From NCBI GenBank assembly GCA_964188305.1, contig OZ076885.1: 64,000 bases of DNA; one strand, written 5' to 3'. Each line of letters begins with the position of its first letter. Positions within the stretch are counted from its first letter, which is position 1. Both the position numbers and the translations under genes were made by a program. Positions 49,774 to 61,897 of the stretch are shown in pieces. The DNA comes from Podarcis bocagei (Eukaryota). A model generated the notes under the pieces. That model was not told the origin of the DNA, made no database searches, and saw only the letters and a program-made list of their open reading frames with translations.

Positions 49774-49842
49774 ATAGGATTCTTGTGGATCCTGTCTCTG
49801 AAAAGAAACCTGGGAGAAAAGGATTTGCTTCTACCACTCCAA
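49774..49842 (+). CDS. NUSAP1: NUSAP1 exon 5
   Basis: 69 nt; (D)RILVDPVSEKKPGRKGFASTTP(N)|gtaagt; joins the next exon to give TTPNFKK. Confidence 0.88.
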
Positions 49843-50558
49843 GTAAGTAGCATTAATACAGCTGACCTGCAATAGAAGGATAAAATATTAACCTATTTGT
49901 ACATGAATCTAAATATTTAAATGTGCAGGTGCTGTTTTTATCCTTGGCTTTGTCATTTGTTTGGCTGGTTAAATCACACTGATGTGCTTATTTAAAAAAA
50001 AATATGTGGGAAAGATTTTTATGGAAGAATTTTGCAGCAAATCTTCAGAGCCACTGATAATGGTAACCAGCAACTATCCTTGCAGTTGAATTCCTTGTCT
50101 TGACTACTGAAAAGTATCTTATGTGACACCTTGATGCTTGCTATTTCTGTTTTGCCTTCTGTGTAACAGTTCAGATGGAACTCACACAATTCCATGTATG
50201 TGGGATTTCTTTGTGCAAAGGGTTTTAACCAGAACAAAACATCTTTTGAAGGGCATTTGAAGGCTTATATGTACAGGAGCATGGGGAGACTTGGGAGTAA
50301 ATTTAAAGCTTCATACTAATGAGTACAGCAATAATAATAATAAATTTTTCTTTTTGATGTACTAGTATTCTGCTTATATTTCATATGTGCCAGCTCATTT
50401 TCTTGAGTTGCATCTGCTACATGTGCTTGCATCTTAAAATAACCATGCTTTCTTACTCTGATAAGCTGTAATAAATGTGCAAATATTTCCAAGTTTTCCC
50501 ATGCTCACAGGTAACTGTCCATGAAGACACTAATATCTGGTACAAATCCAACTGATTA

Positions 50559-51287
50559 CCGTATTTTTCGCCCCATAAGACGCACTTTTTCCCCTCCAAA
50601 AATGAAGGGAAAATCGGGGTGCGTCTTATGGGGCGAATGCCTGCAAGCCTCGCGCGCCCGGCAGGAGGTCCGACCGGGTGCGCGAGGCTTGGGGCGGCAG
50701 CCTGTCGCCCGAAGCACGGGGAGCCCTCTGGAGGGCTCCCCCTGCTTCGGGCGAGTGTCTGCAAGCCTCGCGCACCCGGCAGGAGGTCCCACCGGGTGCG
50801 CGAGGCTTGGGGCGGCAGCGGACTGCTTGCGCGCACCGAGAAGCTTGGGGCCAGCTGAGCTCAGCCCGCCCCAAGCTTCTCGGTGCGCGCAAGCAGTCCG
50901 CTGCCGCCCCAAGCCTCGCGCACCCGGCGGGACCTCCTGCCGGGTGCGGGAGGCTTGGGGCGGCAGCGGACTGCTTGCCGGCATGCAGAAGCTTGGGGCG
51001 TGCTGAGCTCAGCACGCCCCAAGCTTCTAGGTGCGCGCAAGCAGTCCGCTGCCGCCCCAAGCCTTGCGCACCCAGCGGGACCTCCTGCCGGGTGCGGGAG
51101 GCTTGGGGCGGCAGCGGACTGCTTGCCGGCACGCAGAAGCTTGGGGCGCGCTGACCTCAGCTTGCCCCAAGCTTCTGGATTAGCGCAGCGCACCTGGGGG
51201 GGAAATAAATTTTTTTCCCTTTATTTCCCCCCCTAAAATCTAGGTGCGTCTTATGGGCCGGTGCGTCTTATGGGGCGAAAAATACGG
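50559..51287. mobile_element. Young Tc1/mariner (pogo-like) MITE with a palindromic GC-rich interior
   Basis: Perfect 27-bp terminal inverted repeats CCGTATTTTTCGCCCCATAAGACGCAC at 50559-50585 and 51261-51287; TA TSD. Confidence 0.93.
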
Positions 51288-52366
51288 TAATACATGCTTC
51301 CATGACATTACATGCAGATAACCTGTAGTTACTGGCGTGTTAGAGAGGGAAATGTGGGGAAACTGTCAAACTCATACTTCTGGAACATTGCTGTGAAAAA
51401 GCAAAATTCAAGTTTTGACATCTGAAAACATTTGGAGATTACATTTTTACATACCCAATTAACAGTTCTCTTAAGCTACTGTTTGTTGTATACTGTACCA
51501 AAACTTAGAGGCACGAATGATATTCTATGCTGCAAACATAAATGAGATATCAAAGCTTTTCAGCATTTGTGGTAGACTTGTTATTTTCTTAAAAATATTA
51601 GTCTGATTTATCAGCATGAATAACAATAAGGAAGATCTCATGAATCTGATATTTTTACTGACATTCATGAAGCTAAAAAATAGATGTCAAAACCCTGGGT
51701 GATAACAGAAGCAGGAATGGTTTGTGCAAATACTGAACGAAAGAGACTTTACAACTAAAAATGGGAGAATAATAAGGGTACAATTACAGATAATTAACAC
51801 AATGCTAAAGAACTAGAGGAGGAAGATAGCTGTCACTTTAATTTTTTTAAATGGGAACTTTATTTCGGGAGCAACAAAGCACCTATTCAAAACAAACGTC
51901 TGTTCATGTATTGAATCCACTTTAGAAATTCAGCAGTAAATCTTGTAATACATATTTGTATCCAGTGCTGCACAAGTGGAGTTGCACTCACACAATGATA
52001 TTTCCCCTTCCTCCTTCTCTGTTCATCCACAGAATCTTCTCTGGAGCAGATGTTCTGGGTATATGGGGTAGGGCTGTATGGGGCAGGAGAAAAGGAAGTT
52101 ACTGTGCAAATGGAACAGCAATGTTGGACACAACCTTGTAAAGTTACTATTTGCAAATAGAATAGCAATCCTTGACTCCCAACTGCAGCAGTCTGCTGCA
52201 TTTCTCTGCTGCGTGCAGATAAGGGAACTGAGTGCTCCATTTCTCTTCTAGCACACTCACCTGCATGATTCTTGTTGATTTATAGGGGGCTGCAAACTAG
52301 CAATTAAATTGGTATGTGTACTTTTAAAGAAAAATATTGGTAACAATGTTCTTTTTAATTCTGAAG

Positions 52367-52479
52367 ACTTTAAGAAAATTCACGAGGCTCAGTTCAAGAA
52401 AATGCAATCTATTGATGAATACATTGAAAGGAAAAATAAAATGATTCGCAACTTCAGCAATTCAGTTAATGAGGTCAAG
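52367..52479 (+). CDS. NUSAP1: NUSAP1 exon 6
   Basis: 113 nt; (N)[22 protein letters not shown]...EVK|gtaagg, the conserved NUSAP motif. Confidence 0.95.
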
Positions 52480-52716
52480 GTAAGGATTAACTTTCTCCAC
52501 CCCACCCTATATGCAGGGTATTTAGAATGAAACCTGCATTCACTCATAGTAATTAGGGTGCATGTCATAAATTTAGCCCTCCTTTCTTCCAAAGACCATC
52601 TCACCAATCATTCCCTGCGTACTGTGAAGTTCTTTCATACATTGTATTCTGACACACAGAGTAGCTTGGCCCATTCCTAATTGCCCTGCATTCTCCTTAC
52701 CTTTCTTTTGCTTTTG

Positions 52717-52718
52717 CT

Positions 52719-52758
<40 letters not shown>

Positions 52759-52759
52759 T
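52717..52759. repeat. (TTTC)n microsatellite
   Basis: Read directly. Confidence 0.95.
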
Positions 52760-54374
52760 TGTTAGAGCCTCCTTAATCTTCAGAGGACATTCTTACCAGG
52801 GTTGAAACAAACTTGTCCCCATAAGTCTTGTGGAGATTGACTCTTTAAACATTTGTATTTTATAATCACCAGGTATTTCAGCATTATGACTGCAGGACTA
52901 TTAAAGTATTCTGCGCTCCTACTCACTCCCCTCACCAACCCCACAATCACTCCAGCATCATCATCCTAGAGCTCCTTCCCACCCCATGCAGTGATAAAGC
53001 TCGCTTTTCATATCTCCAACCCCATTCAGGATAGAAGTCACTTCTATTCTGCAACCCTGCTTTGCACCGGTTTTTGCATTCACCCCCACGTCCATGCTGC
53101 CTCTTCCTTACTTTTTTATGCACGCTCCCTGCACACAGACCCACCTACATTCTCTTCCCAAACATTGCAGCTACTAATTACTCTTGTCATCTGCCAAATT
53201 ATGAAGCCACTATCCCCTCCTATTCAGTAGCCCCTTTTGTACCCCTACTTTTTTGTAGCCCCTTTTGCACCAGTTTTACCATCACCCTCTACCTTCCCCC
53301 ATCCCTTTCCTTTTCTCAACTCCTGCTTGCACACAGACCATGCTTCAATGAACAGCATTGCATGAAGGTACTATGGAATATTTGAGGGCTCCACATCAAT
53401 CCTCTATCTTTCTCATATTAGGCAGCTGAAGAATGGAAGAGGGAGAAATTTGAGTACACCATGAAGCAAGGGACACTGACGTATTCCCCTTCATTTCCCT
53501 CAGTGCTCCTTCCACCACAGCACTGCAAATGCCCCATTTAAATCCATCCACTTTCATCTACTCCCCAATTCCTCCTCGGCAGCCTTTCCCCCCCTCTGCT
53601 ATTAGTGCCCTAAAATTGTGTTTCTCTCACAGTTTCCTTTCTTTCTATTCCCCTCATTCCTCCAAATGCCACCTTTACCCCCACCCAATCCCACCTACCC
53701 CGTCCTCTTCTCTTCCCCACCTCACACACAGAAAGACTTACCCTTCCCCACCAAGTCATTTACAATAGTGTCTTCTCCCTTTTCTCCCTCTTCCTCCTCC
53801 TGCCCCTGCTTTAGAAAGTTAGGAATCAGCCCCCGAAAACAACACAGAGGTGGGCTAGTGCAAATATAATTAAGATGTGAAAGTTTGCTAGGCATCATAG
53901 CCAATGTGATAAGCTAACAGCTTCAGATAACATTCCAATTGAGACCCACATGATCTCTGCCTGCTTTTCAGCAGGCAATGAAAATGTGGCCCTTTAGCTT
54001 AGGGCACTAGATACAGCCTGGTTTTGGAGTTTGGTTTTGTGTTTATCACTTGGTTTAACTTTGTAAAGCACTAAAATATCCTAATGGACTGAAATGCACA
54101 GAAGTATTGACAAATTAAACTTTAAAGCAATCATATTTTGAGGTTCATATACTGATTTCAGCGGTTTTTCATCTCCTGGTATAGTAGCTTTCCTAATGCC
54201 TGCCTAGGGCTCAGACAGACAGCAATAGGCAATGTCTGCTTATGTCAATTTTTGTGGGATTTCTTATTTTGGCTAAAGCAAGCCATATTTGCTTTTAATT
54301 TGGCAATGTGTTCATCTTGGGGAACTAGAATAACACCCATAGAAATGATACAGTTTATCTTCAAATGTTGGCAG

Positions 54375-54413
54375 ATGCTGGCTCAGAAGACATCTCAAAA
54401 CAGTAGTTCCAAG
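54375..54413 (+). CDS. NUSAP1: NUSAP1 candidate 39-nt symmetric exon
   Basis: ggcag|ATG...AAG|gtgaga; MLAQKTSQNSSSK; phase 0 to 0. Confidence 0.65.
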
Positions 54414-54523
54414 GTGAGAATAAATTATTGGTTTTCAGCTAACCTTAAAACTTTAATGATCCCTGACTTACTCCAAATCACCGTGCAGACTTGAAAATAT
54501 GCTAATATCCCTCATATTTGCAG

Positions 54524-54711
54524 AAGCGTTCCAGTTCCAGAGGGTTTTTATTAAGCCCTTATCCTCAAAGGAATAAGCAGTCTGCTGTGTGTACTCCCGT
54601 AAACTTGCGACACTCACCACGCAATTCTTCTGGCACTGCAAACAAAAGCATTTTATCTCAAAAATCAATATTCAGCTCAACCTGCCTCTCTACCACCAAG
54701 ATGAATGTCAG
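54524..54711 (+). CDS. NUSAP1: NUSAP1 exon 8
   Basis: 188 nt; KRSSSRGFLLSP...STTKMNV(R); NAGNAG acceptor CAGAAG. Confidence 0.9.
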
Positions 54712-55000
54712 GTAAAGGCACTATAAGTAGCAACAGCTAATAAAATGTTAGTATTGTGAGATTGTGACATTTATAGAATGCTACACAGTTGAAGCATGTG
54801 TATATTTAATTACAACAATGGATGAAGGGTTGATATACACATCTAATAAACAAAATAAAAATAAACACTACTTTAAAAGATTGTGGGGGGTTAGTAGTTC
54901 GGGCTCTGTTGCATGTTTTCAGTGTTTATTTGGAAGAAAATTGATTTAAGGAATAGCTGAAACTCGACCATTAAATACTGAAAATAACTGTTTTGCTCAG

Positions 55001-55182
55001 ATTCTCTACATCTACAAAGGATAACGAGCACAAGCGCTCCCTTACCAAGACGCCATCTAGAAAAACTCCTTTCCCGAACGTTGGTACCCCAGCCAGCCAG
55101 GAGAGCAATAAGTCAATAACCATGACAAATTCTAAAGGAAGTGCAACAAAGCATCAATCAGCAGAAATCCCAACAAACTCTG
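55001..55182 (+). CDS. NUSAP1: NUSAP1 exon 9
   Basis: 182 nt; RFSTSTKDNEHKRSLTKTPSRK, a conserved NUSAP1 motif. Confidence 0.94.
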
Positions 55183-55957
55183 GTAACTGATGAACTTAAT
55201 TTGCAAAAAACCACAATGGCAATTGTCTATACTTGATTCTACAAGGACGAGGTAATTCTTGCAGTGTAGGCATCTGGTGCAGAATCTGTGGGCTATTGTT
55301 GCATAGTCAGGATTGGGTTCTCTCTCAGTGTCTAAGGTACTGAAATAACTACACTGATGGAGTGGGCTACAAGAAGGGAAAAATTAATTCAGCATGAAAA
55401 GCTGGAACAGCATTGCCCTCCAATATGCAGTCCAGTGTGTTATAAGTAAACTGTCTCTGGAGACTGAGGTCTTTCTTCATTCCTTCCTTGATTTGTCTCT
55501 TGAAGCCCCATGTGGTGTCCTGTCTCGTCACTCTTCACCCCCTGCGACCCATATTCTTAATGGAAATTTTCTTTCCTTTAATAAGCGCTTGTCTAATTGA
55601 AAGGCATTCATGCTCCTTTGGAATAAAGGCAGTTTTATAGTGTAACTATATTTGTAACTTATTTGTTCAGTACATTAGATGACTGAAAAACTCAAGCCGA
55701 CTTTAGTTTAAAAAAGAGCAACTTCATCATCTTTTTAACCTTTTGCTTTTGCTCTGGGGAGTTCAGTATTTAGTCTAATTACTACTAGAATCCAAATGGA
55801 AGTGTAAGGGTAATTGGTTTTTCATCAAATTTACAGCTCGGTCAAGCTTCTATACATAACTTCTATACACTTTCAAGCAGCAAACAGTTTAGCTGGTATC
55901 ATTTGCTAAGTTTTACCTGCCCGTCACTGGTGTTCATATGCGGTCTTCTTTTAATAG

Positions 55958-56056
55958 CCGTTACGCCTTTCAAGTTTGAATCCACCAGCGCAAAGAAACC
56001 AGTATTTGATCTACAAGCAAGTCTGTCAAGACCTCTTGGTTATCAGCCACACAAAG
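55958..56056 (+). CDS. NUSAP1: NUSAP1 exon 10
   Basis: 99 nt; AVTPFKF...[21 protein letters not shown](G). Confidence 0.95.
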
Positions 56057-56128
56057 GTATTGAAAATTGGCATGCCAATATAGTTGCAAAATGTGTGTTT
56101 TCCTAAAATGACCCCAACTTTCAGTGTA

Positions 56129-56268
56129 CATAGAATCATAAATTTGTAGAGCTGAAATACACCACAGGGTCATCTAATCCAACCCCCTGCAATGCAGGAA
56201 TCCTTTGCCAAACATGAGCCTTGAACCTACGTCCCTGGGATTAAGAGTCTTGTGTTCTACCGACTGAG
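56129..56268 (-). mobile_element. tRNA-Lys-derived SINE with CR1-like tail
   Basis: Minus strand begins CTCAGTCGGTAGAACACAAGACTCTTAATCCCAGGG and ends ATGATTCTATG. Confidence 0.75.
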
Positions 56269-56870
56269 ATCACACCACTTGGATCAATAAATTTTATGTA
56301 CATCATTTAGAAATCTTATTGAATTTGTCTTTTCTAAATCATATTGAAATGAGTTCATTCTTGATTTGTGAAGGCCATGACGCAGACCTTTAGTCAAAGC
56401 AGAAAGCACTACCAATCCTAGGGATTTTTGCCTGTTACATACCGAGGTAGGGAAAGTGCATTTCTGTCTAGTTCTGTTAACTGCAAAGGATAGCAAGTAA
56501 AATAACCCATCTTGCAGCTTTTCTTGAATTCCTATAACAATTATGCTTTACTGTATTAGTACTGTTCGCTAGTTTCTCACAGAAGACATACAGTAGTTGT
56601 GTGAGTAAAACCCACTACTGATAGGCTTGAAAAAAGTTACCTGATCTAATCATTCCTTGATAATAAAATTCCATGTGTTCAAGCTTATGTAGGTCAGCAC
56701 TGATTTCTAGATGAATTTTGCCTTTCCAGAGTAATAATACACTGCAAGTAGTAAGTGCTAATGTGCAGACTGAAATTGGAATATACTTAATTATCTTCAA
56801 GTTCACTCAAACAATTTGTGCTATATACAAAAGCTAAATCTTGGCATATTTTCCTTCTATGTAAATATAG

Positions 56871-56961
56871 GAAAACTGAAACCTTGGGGCAAATCAAAGG
56901 AGAATCTCCAGTCTCCATGTTCACATAAGAGAAATTATAAACAGCCACTTCTTCAGACTAG
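56871..56961 (+). CDS. NUSAP1: NUSAP1 exon 11 (KEN box; GC donor)
   Basis: 91 nt; GKLKPWGKSKENLQ...YKQPLLQT(R); donor AG|gcaagt. Confidence 0.92.
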
Positions 56962-57903
56962 GCAAGTATATGACTTAAGGCTGCCATACAGCCTACCATA
57001 AGCTGTTTTCAGATGTTGTGACCACTCTCATAACTTTACCTCACTTCACTTCACTCCACTCACATGTGTATGCTTTGGAAATAATAAAAGAGCTCAGTGG
57101 ACCAATCCTAGTATGGGCCACCTTACCTACCCTCTAGTAGCAATGTTGGTGGCCCCATGCCATCCAGTGAGGTCTCCTATAGACAAAGTAAGGATTTGAT
57201 AGTTCTGCAATAAGACTGCTGTGTATAGAAGTGATCAAGCAAGCAGTGTCACACCTGCGGGCCATACACATGGCAAGCGAAAAGGGTTTTGTGCATATAC
57301 TAACATACTTGGCAAAGTATTTTTATATTGTGGGTGGATGTTATGTATTACTTTACTTAAAATATTGCCTAACACAAGTATGTGCCTAACATACGGTATG
57401 TGTAGAAATTCTCCCCATGAGACGGGATACTGAGCCACTCGAGATCTCCCTCTCCCATGGATGAGCTCTTTGCACACATTAGTGTGCATGCCTTCTCACC
57501 CTCACAAAATATGCAGGGAGGGAGGTCTGGCCACCTTTCATAGGCTTTCAACTTAGGAAGCTCATCTGAAGCCACTTGATAGAAAACATTGAGAGCCCTG
57601 ACAAAAGCAAAGGGAAGAACTTGATTTAAGAGAGGGACATGAAAATAGGTGATATACGTTTAAGTTTTAATTGTGCGAAGCATAAAAGACAGCGACAGGT
57701 CCTCAGGCACCCTTAGGTTGGAGATACAAATAATGAAAAGTGGTCCCCCATTAAGTAAGGGTTCCCCCTGAAGTGTACTCTTAGGTTGAGAGCCCGCCCC
57801 CCCAACACTTCTGTCATTCTGCAGCATGAGGTTTGGGGCCAGCAGTACAGCTTAGGGATAGGGGAAAGGGAGGTATAAAATAAACCATAAGGTGTGTTGT
57901 TCA

Positions 57904-58120
57904 TGGTGGGGAGCCCGCCCTGTGAAATGCCCTCCCATCAGATGTCAAGGAAATAAGCAACTATCCTATTTTTAAAAGACACCTGAAGGCAGCAGGCCTG
58001 TTTAGGGAAGTTTTTAATATTTAATGCTGTATTGTTTTTAATACTCGATTGGGAGCCATCCAAAGTGGCTGGGGAAACTCAGCCAGATGGGCGGGGTATA
58101 AATAATAAATTACTATTATA
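57904..58120 (+). mobile_element. L2-clade LINE 3' end
   Basis: Homologous to 4664-4945(-). Confidence 0.75.
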
Positions 58121-58667
58121 TTACACACTCAATTTAAACTTGCTTTAAAGGGCAGTATTAGGCCAAGTACTTCTGTCCTTGCAGGCCCCTGACTAATATT
58201 GCCCTTTAAAGAGATGAAACTATCTTCAGTTTTCAAGCCTCCCATTAAGCTACAAATAATCTTAAGTGGCAGCTGAAGCTACTTATCAGTATTAAAAATC
58301 TTGTATATAGTTTATGCAATTTAAACCCCAATCTGGATTGAAACCTTTCTCCAGTGTATCCAGTATTATTCTCAGAGCAGTCATTCAGAAATACAAATAC
58401 TTGATTTCTAGGCTGAGCTAGCAAGTAGATATGGAAAGCAGAGAAGTAACTACAGCAATTTCTTATTTGCCTATCTTCTGGATGGGGTCATACTTATTTT
58501 CCCAAATATTCTCAAAGACGACTTAATTATTTCACATATGACTGGAATTCAACCATGCAACTTTATAGTCGAGTATGGTCCGCCCCCCGCCCCCCGAAAA
58601 TGTAATGCCTCCTTCCAGATGTAAAAATGGATGCAGCAACAAAAGAACACTGAGCGGTTTGTCTTTA

Positions 58668-58872
58668 CAGTGGTACCTTGGGTTAAGAAATTCGTTCTGG
58701 AGGTTTGTTCTTAACCTAAAGCACCACTTTAGCTAGTGGGGCCTCCTGCTGCTGCTGTGCCGCCACTGCACCATTTCGGTTCTCATCCTGAAGCAAAGTT
58801 ATGAACCTGAGGTACTATTTCTGGGTTAGCGGAGTCTGTAACCTGAAGCGTATGTAACCTGAGGTACCACTG
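58668..58872. mobile_element. Tigger-like MITE, same family as 39190-39392 in opposite orientation
   Basis: TA|CAGTGGTACCT...AGGTACCACTG|TA. Confidence 0.88.
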
Positions 58873-58939
58873 TATGGGCTTTGTGTACTTGTTAGCACTG
58901 GTGCATGAGTTAATCTAATATGGTATGTTTTGCTTACAG

Positions 58940-59027
58940 AGAAGTGAGGAGGGAGAGGCATGTCCAGGAAAGAAAACAGAGAAAAGACGAAGTGCTTAGA
59001 TCCCGGAGAGGATTAACTGTTACTTAA
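58940..59027 (+). CDS. NUSAP1: NUSAP1 last exon, to the stop codon
   Basis: ttacag|A GAA...; (R)EVRRERHVQERKQRKDEVLRSRRGLTVT followed by TAA. Confidence 0.93.
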
Positions 59028-59433
59028 GGCCAACTCAAAAATGACTCTGTAAACAGCATTTTAATTCAAAACATTTTCTTTCCTGTAAATACATTTACTT
59101 ATTTCCTATGCAGTTATATTCTTAAGTCAATCTGTTGTCTTGTACAGAACTATCGTCATCTAATGAGAAAATATAGGGCACTGGTGTCAGCTAATTCAGT
59201 TTTAACTATCTGAAAAGGGGTTGTTAACAGCTTCAAACCTGCAACTTGTAATAATTAACTTCTTTTGTGAATGTCTTCTCTAGATTCACTTACTATCTTC
59301 TGGAGTAGCTGAAAACTAAAAAATTATTCCAGCTGTGGACCAAAAAAGTGTATTGTATAAGATAAAAGGAACAAAATTAAGTTTTAGATGCATTTAATTG
59401 AGTGTTTTTATATAACTTTGTTTTACTAATTTC

Positions 59434-59439
59434 ATTAAA
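59434..59439 (+). terminator. NUSAP1: Candidate NUSAP1 poly(A) signal
   Basis: ATTAAA in U-rich context with GT-rich sequence downstream. Confidence 0.55.
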
Positions 59440-59825
59440 GCAATATTGTTGACAGTATGTTGTGCAACTTGGATAAAAGTTAATTTTAAATCAGTGAACA
59501 CTATCACACAGCTCTGCCACCACAGCTATTCTCTACTGCTGTAGGTGCTCTGAACCTCAGTTAGCAACAACAATCGTTCATGTGGTGGTTAGCTGTATAT
59601 TCTCTACAGCAAATGTTGCAAACCTTTTCAGATCCATGAACATCTTTTAATTTCTGAGTCTGCTTCTCTGACTGTTTATTTTCCAGCTGCAGACCATGGG
59701 AAAGGTTTCAAATGCTACACTTTTCAGATGGCTGAGGGTGCATTTCCAAGTGCTATGAGGTTTCTAGTTCTGGCTGGCTGGGGTCACTACTCACTTCCCT
59801 GCCATTGGCACCTCAGCACCTTTGG

Positions 59826-60399
59826 GGGATATATTTGTAGGGCAGCCATCTAGTCTTCTGTGTCTACATTTGTGAGACATTACAGAATTAATGCCTATTC
59901 AACTGCTGGAGCTTCTTCTGGTAGGAGAGTACTGCAGCAGGTGCCAGTAAGAGTAGGGTCCATAGCTGGTCCCACCCATCTCAGTAGCTTTGATACATCG
60001 CATCCAAGAATCCCCTCCCCTCTGCAGGAAAATGTGACATTGGACCTCCTATAAAGGTCTATTTCCTGCAGGGGCAGGGGGACCCTATCCGCCCTAGGTT
60101 AGTTTGGGTCACTGGCTGTGGGTTGGACAAATTTATATATATTTTTAGTATTCTCTCAAATTGAGTACCCCCTAGTTCAGTTCAATTTTGTACTGGTTTT
60201 ATACTGGACGTTCTTCCTCAAGTCTTGTTTTGCACGTTGTGTCTATGAGCTGCAGTCCTTTTCTCCAAGGTTAACATTCTTTTCTTCCAAGCTGGATGAC
60301 CTTGTCTAATTCACATATTTTGCCTGTGGAGCAAATTGGAGAGACAACCCATCTGAGGATCCACTCCATCCCTCATGGGAGGCCCAATGTCACATTTTC
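59826..60399 (+). mobile_element. DIRS-type tyrosine-recombinase retrotransposon 3' fragment
   Basis: Translation DICRAAI*SSVSTFVRHYRINAYSTAGASSGRRVLQQV resembles the tyrosine-recombinase C-terminus (RHY catalytic Tyr); 21/22-bp inverted repeat at 60028-60049 and 60378-60399. Confidence 0.8.
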
Positions 60400-61388
60400 A
60401 ATTGAATACAGGAATTCTTAAATAATGAATTGGGAATTTTCTGACTTCCTACATGAAAAAGTAGTATTGTACTGTTGCCTGATCAAGACCACATAAGCTT
60501 AATCTAAGTCCTGGCTGGTGATCAGTTAAGGGTGGGAATACATTTCATCACCAAGTCTGTCCCCACCCCCTTCAAGCGTATACTATAGCTTTAATCAAGG
60601 ACACTGGAGGATGAGCAGACACAATACATATTTATTCTCTAAATTTATATCCCATTCACGGCAAAACAGCACCCAGGAAGGATCACAACATGCATTGCAT
60701 AAAAAACTACTAAAACATGTTCTTCCACCTGTCCTAAATGTCTTCAGTCAAGGCTGATCTTCAAAAGTTGCAGAAAAACATTTTCACCTTGCTCCAAAAT
60801 TAATTGATGTTGGTACCAGCCTGCAGGGAAGTGTGTTCCTTCTATGGGGTACCACCACCAAGAAAGCCTCAGAGGCCCAGGCATCTAGAACTCATCATGA
60901 TTTGACCAAAAAGGCTTTAGTCACAGGCAGGACATAGTAGAGACGAGGAGGGTTGAAGGAATAGTCCCTAGTGGTATTGTCCTTCCATTTGACTGATAGC
61001 AGGTGCACACTTCCCTGTTTTCTACTCCATTATGAAGAGTTCTGATAACACACAGATTCTTCCCACCTAAACGGAATGGAAGAGGATCGCTTTCTGCTAT
61101 TGCATGTGTAGCTTGTTTTGCAAGCCTCTTCCAATGAAGGGCTTCTAAATGGGACAGACTAAGGTCAGAAAGGAATTTCTTACTCCCTCCAAATGGAATT
61201 GCAACTAATCTCTGCACGCTAGTGGCTTTGGTCACAGCATGGATTGCATTTTTGATCTCACTCATTGGGACCCATTTCTAACAAGCTTTGGCATGTCTGC
61301 AAATTAGCTCATCCTACCCGTGATGGCTGGTAGCTACAAAAAACAGTCACAAAGAATGCAGTAGCCAGAAATGAGTTTAGGGTAGAAA

Positions 61389-61394
61389 TTTATT
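61389..61394 (-). terminator. NDUFAF1: Candidate NDUFAF1 poly(A) signal
   Basis: AATAAA on the minus strand; a second one lies at 61533-61538. Confidence 0.5.
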
Positions 61395-61747
61395 AGGTAG
61401 CCCAACACACAAGCCCCCAAAGCCTTCTACATCACTCATTAGTTAGCTATTCGTTTCCCATAAAATACTTGCTTCTTTTTCTTCAAGTGAAATGGATATT
61501 TCAATGTAATTTTAGACCTTTGACCTGTTGACTTTATTCCAACTTAGTAAACCACTAGAATGCATCCAGTCACCTATCCTTGAAAGCCATTAACTTTCAG
61601 CTACTACTGTCTTTCCACATGCTATTTTAGCAGGCCACGGTTTTTCCCCTCCCCCTGCTGTTTGCAAATTTTGTGTAAGGGGGGGGGAGGGATGGTGGAA
61701 GTTTCCAGTTTCAGATGAATAGCAGTCCTCCAAATGTTCAGTAAGTT

Positions 61748-61897
61748 CTACTTCTTGGGATTCTTGGGATTTCTTTCATATAGCTCATAGGCAGTTTCCT
61801 CTGAATGGGCTGCATCATAGAACAATCCAATGAAGTCAATCTCCAGCTGAAATGGACCATTTACTTGGTCAGCTATGGTGAATCCTAAGGTACTGAT
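61748..61897 (-). CDS. NDUFAF1: Complex I assembly factor 1 (CIA30), last exon
   Basis: aaacag|ATC; [49 protein letters not shown] followed by TAG. Confidence 0.95.
   Translation of the reverse strand: MSTLGFTIADQVNGPFQLEIDFIGLFYDAAHSEETAYELYERNPKNPKK

Noticed and set aside
50453-51236. Repetitive ORFs in many frames; superficially CRISPR-like repeats
   Set aside because: All derive from the palindromic MITE interior; there are no unique spacers or cas genes, and the DNA is eukaryotic.
60921-61265. 114-aa minus-strand ORF downstream of NDUFAF1
   Set aside because: No recognisable homology or promoter; a tBLASTn hit with coding-type conservation would be needed to revive it.
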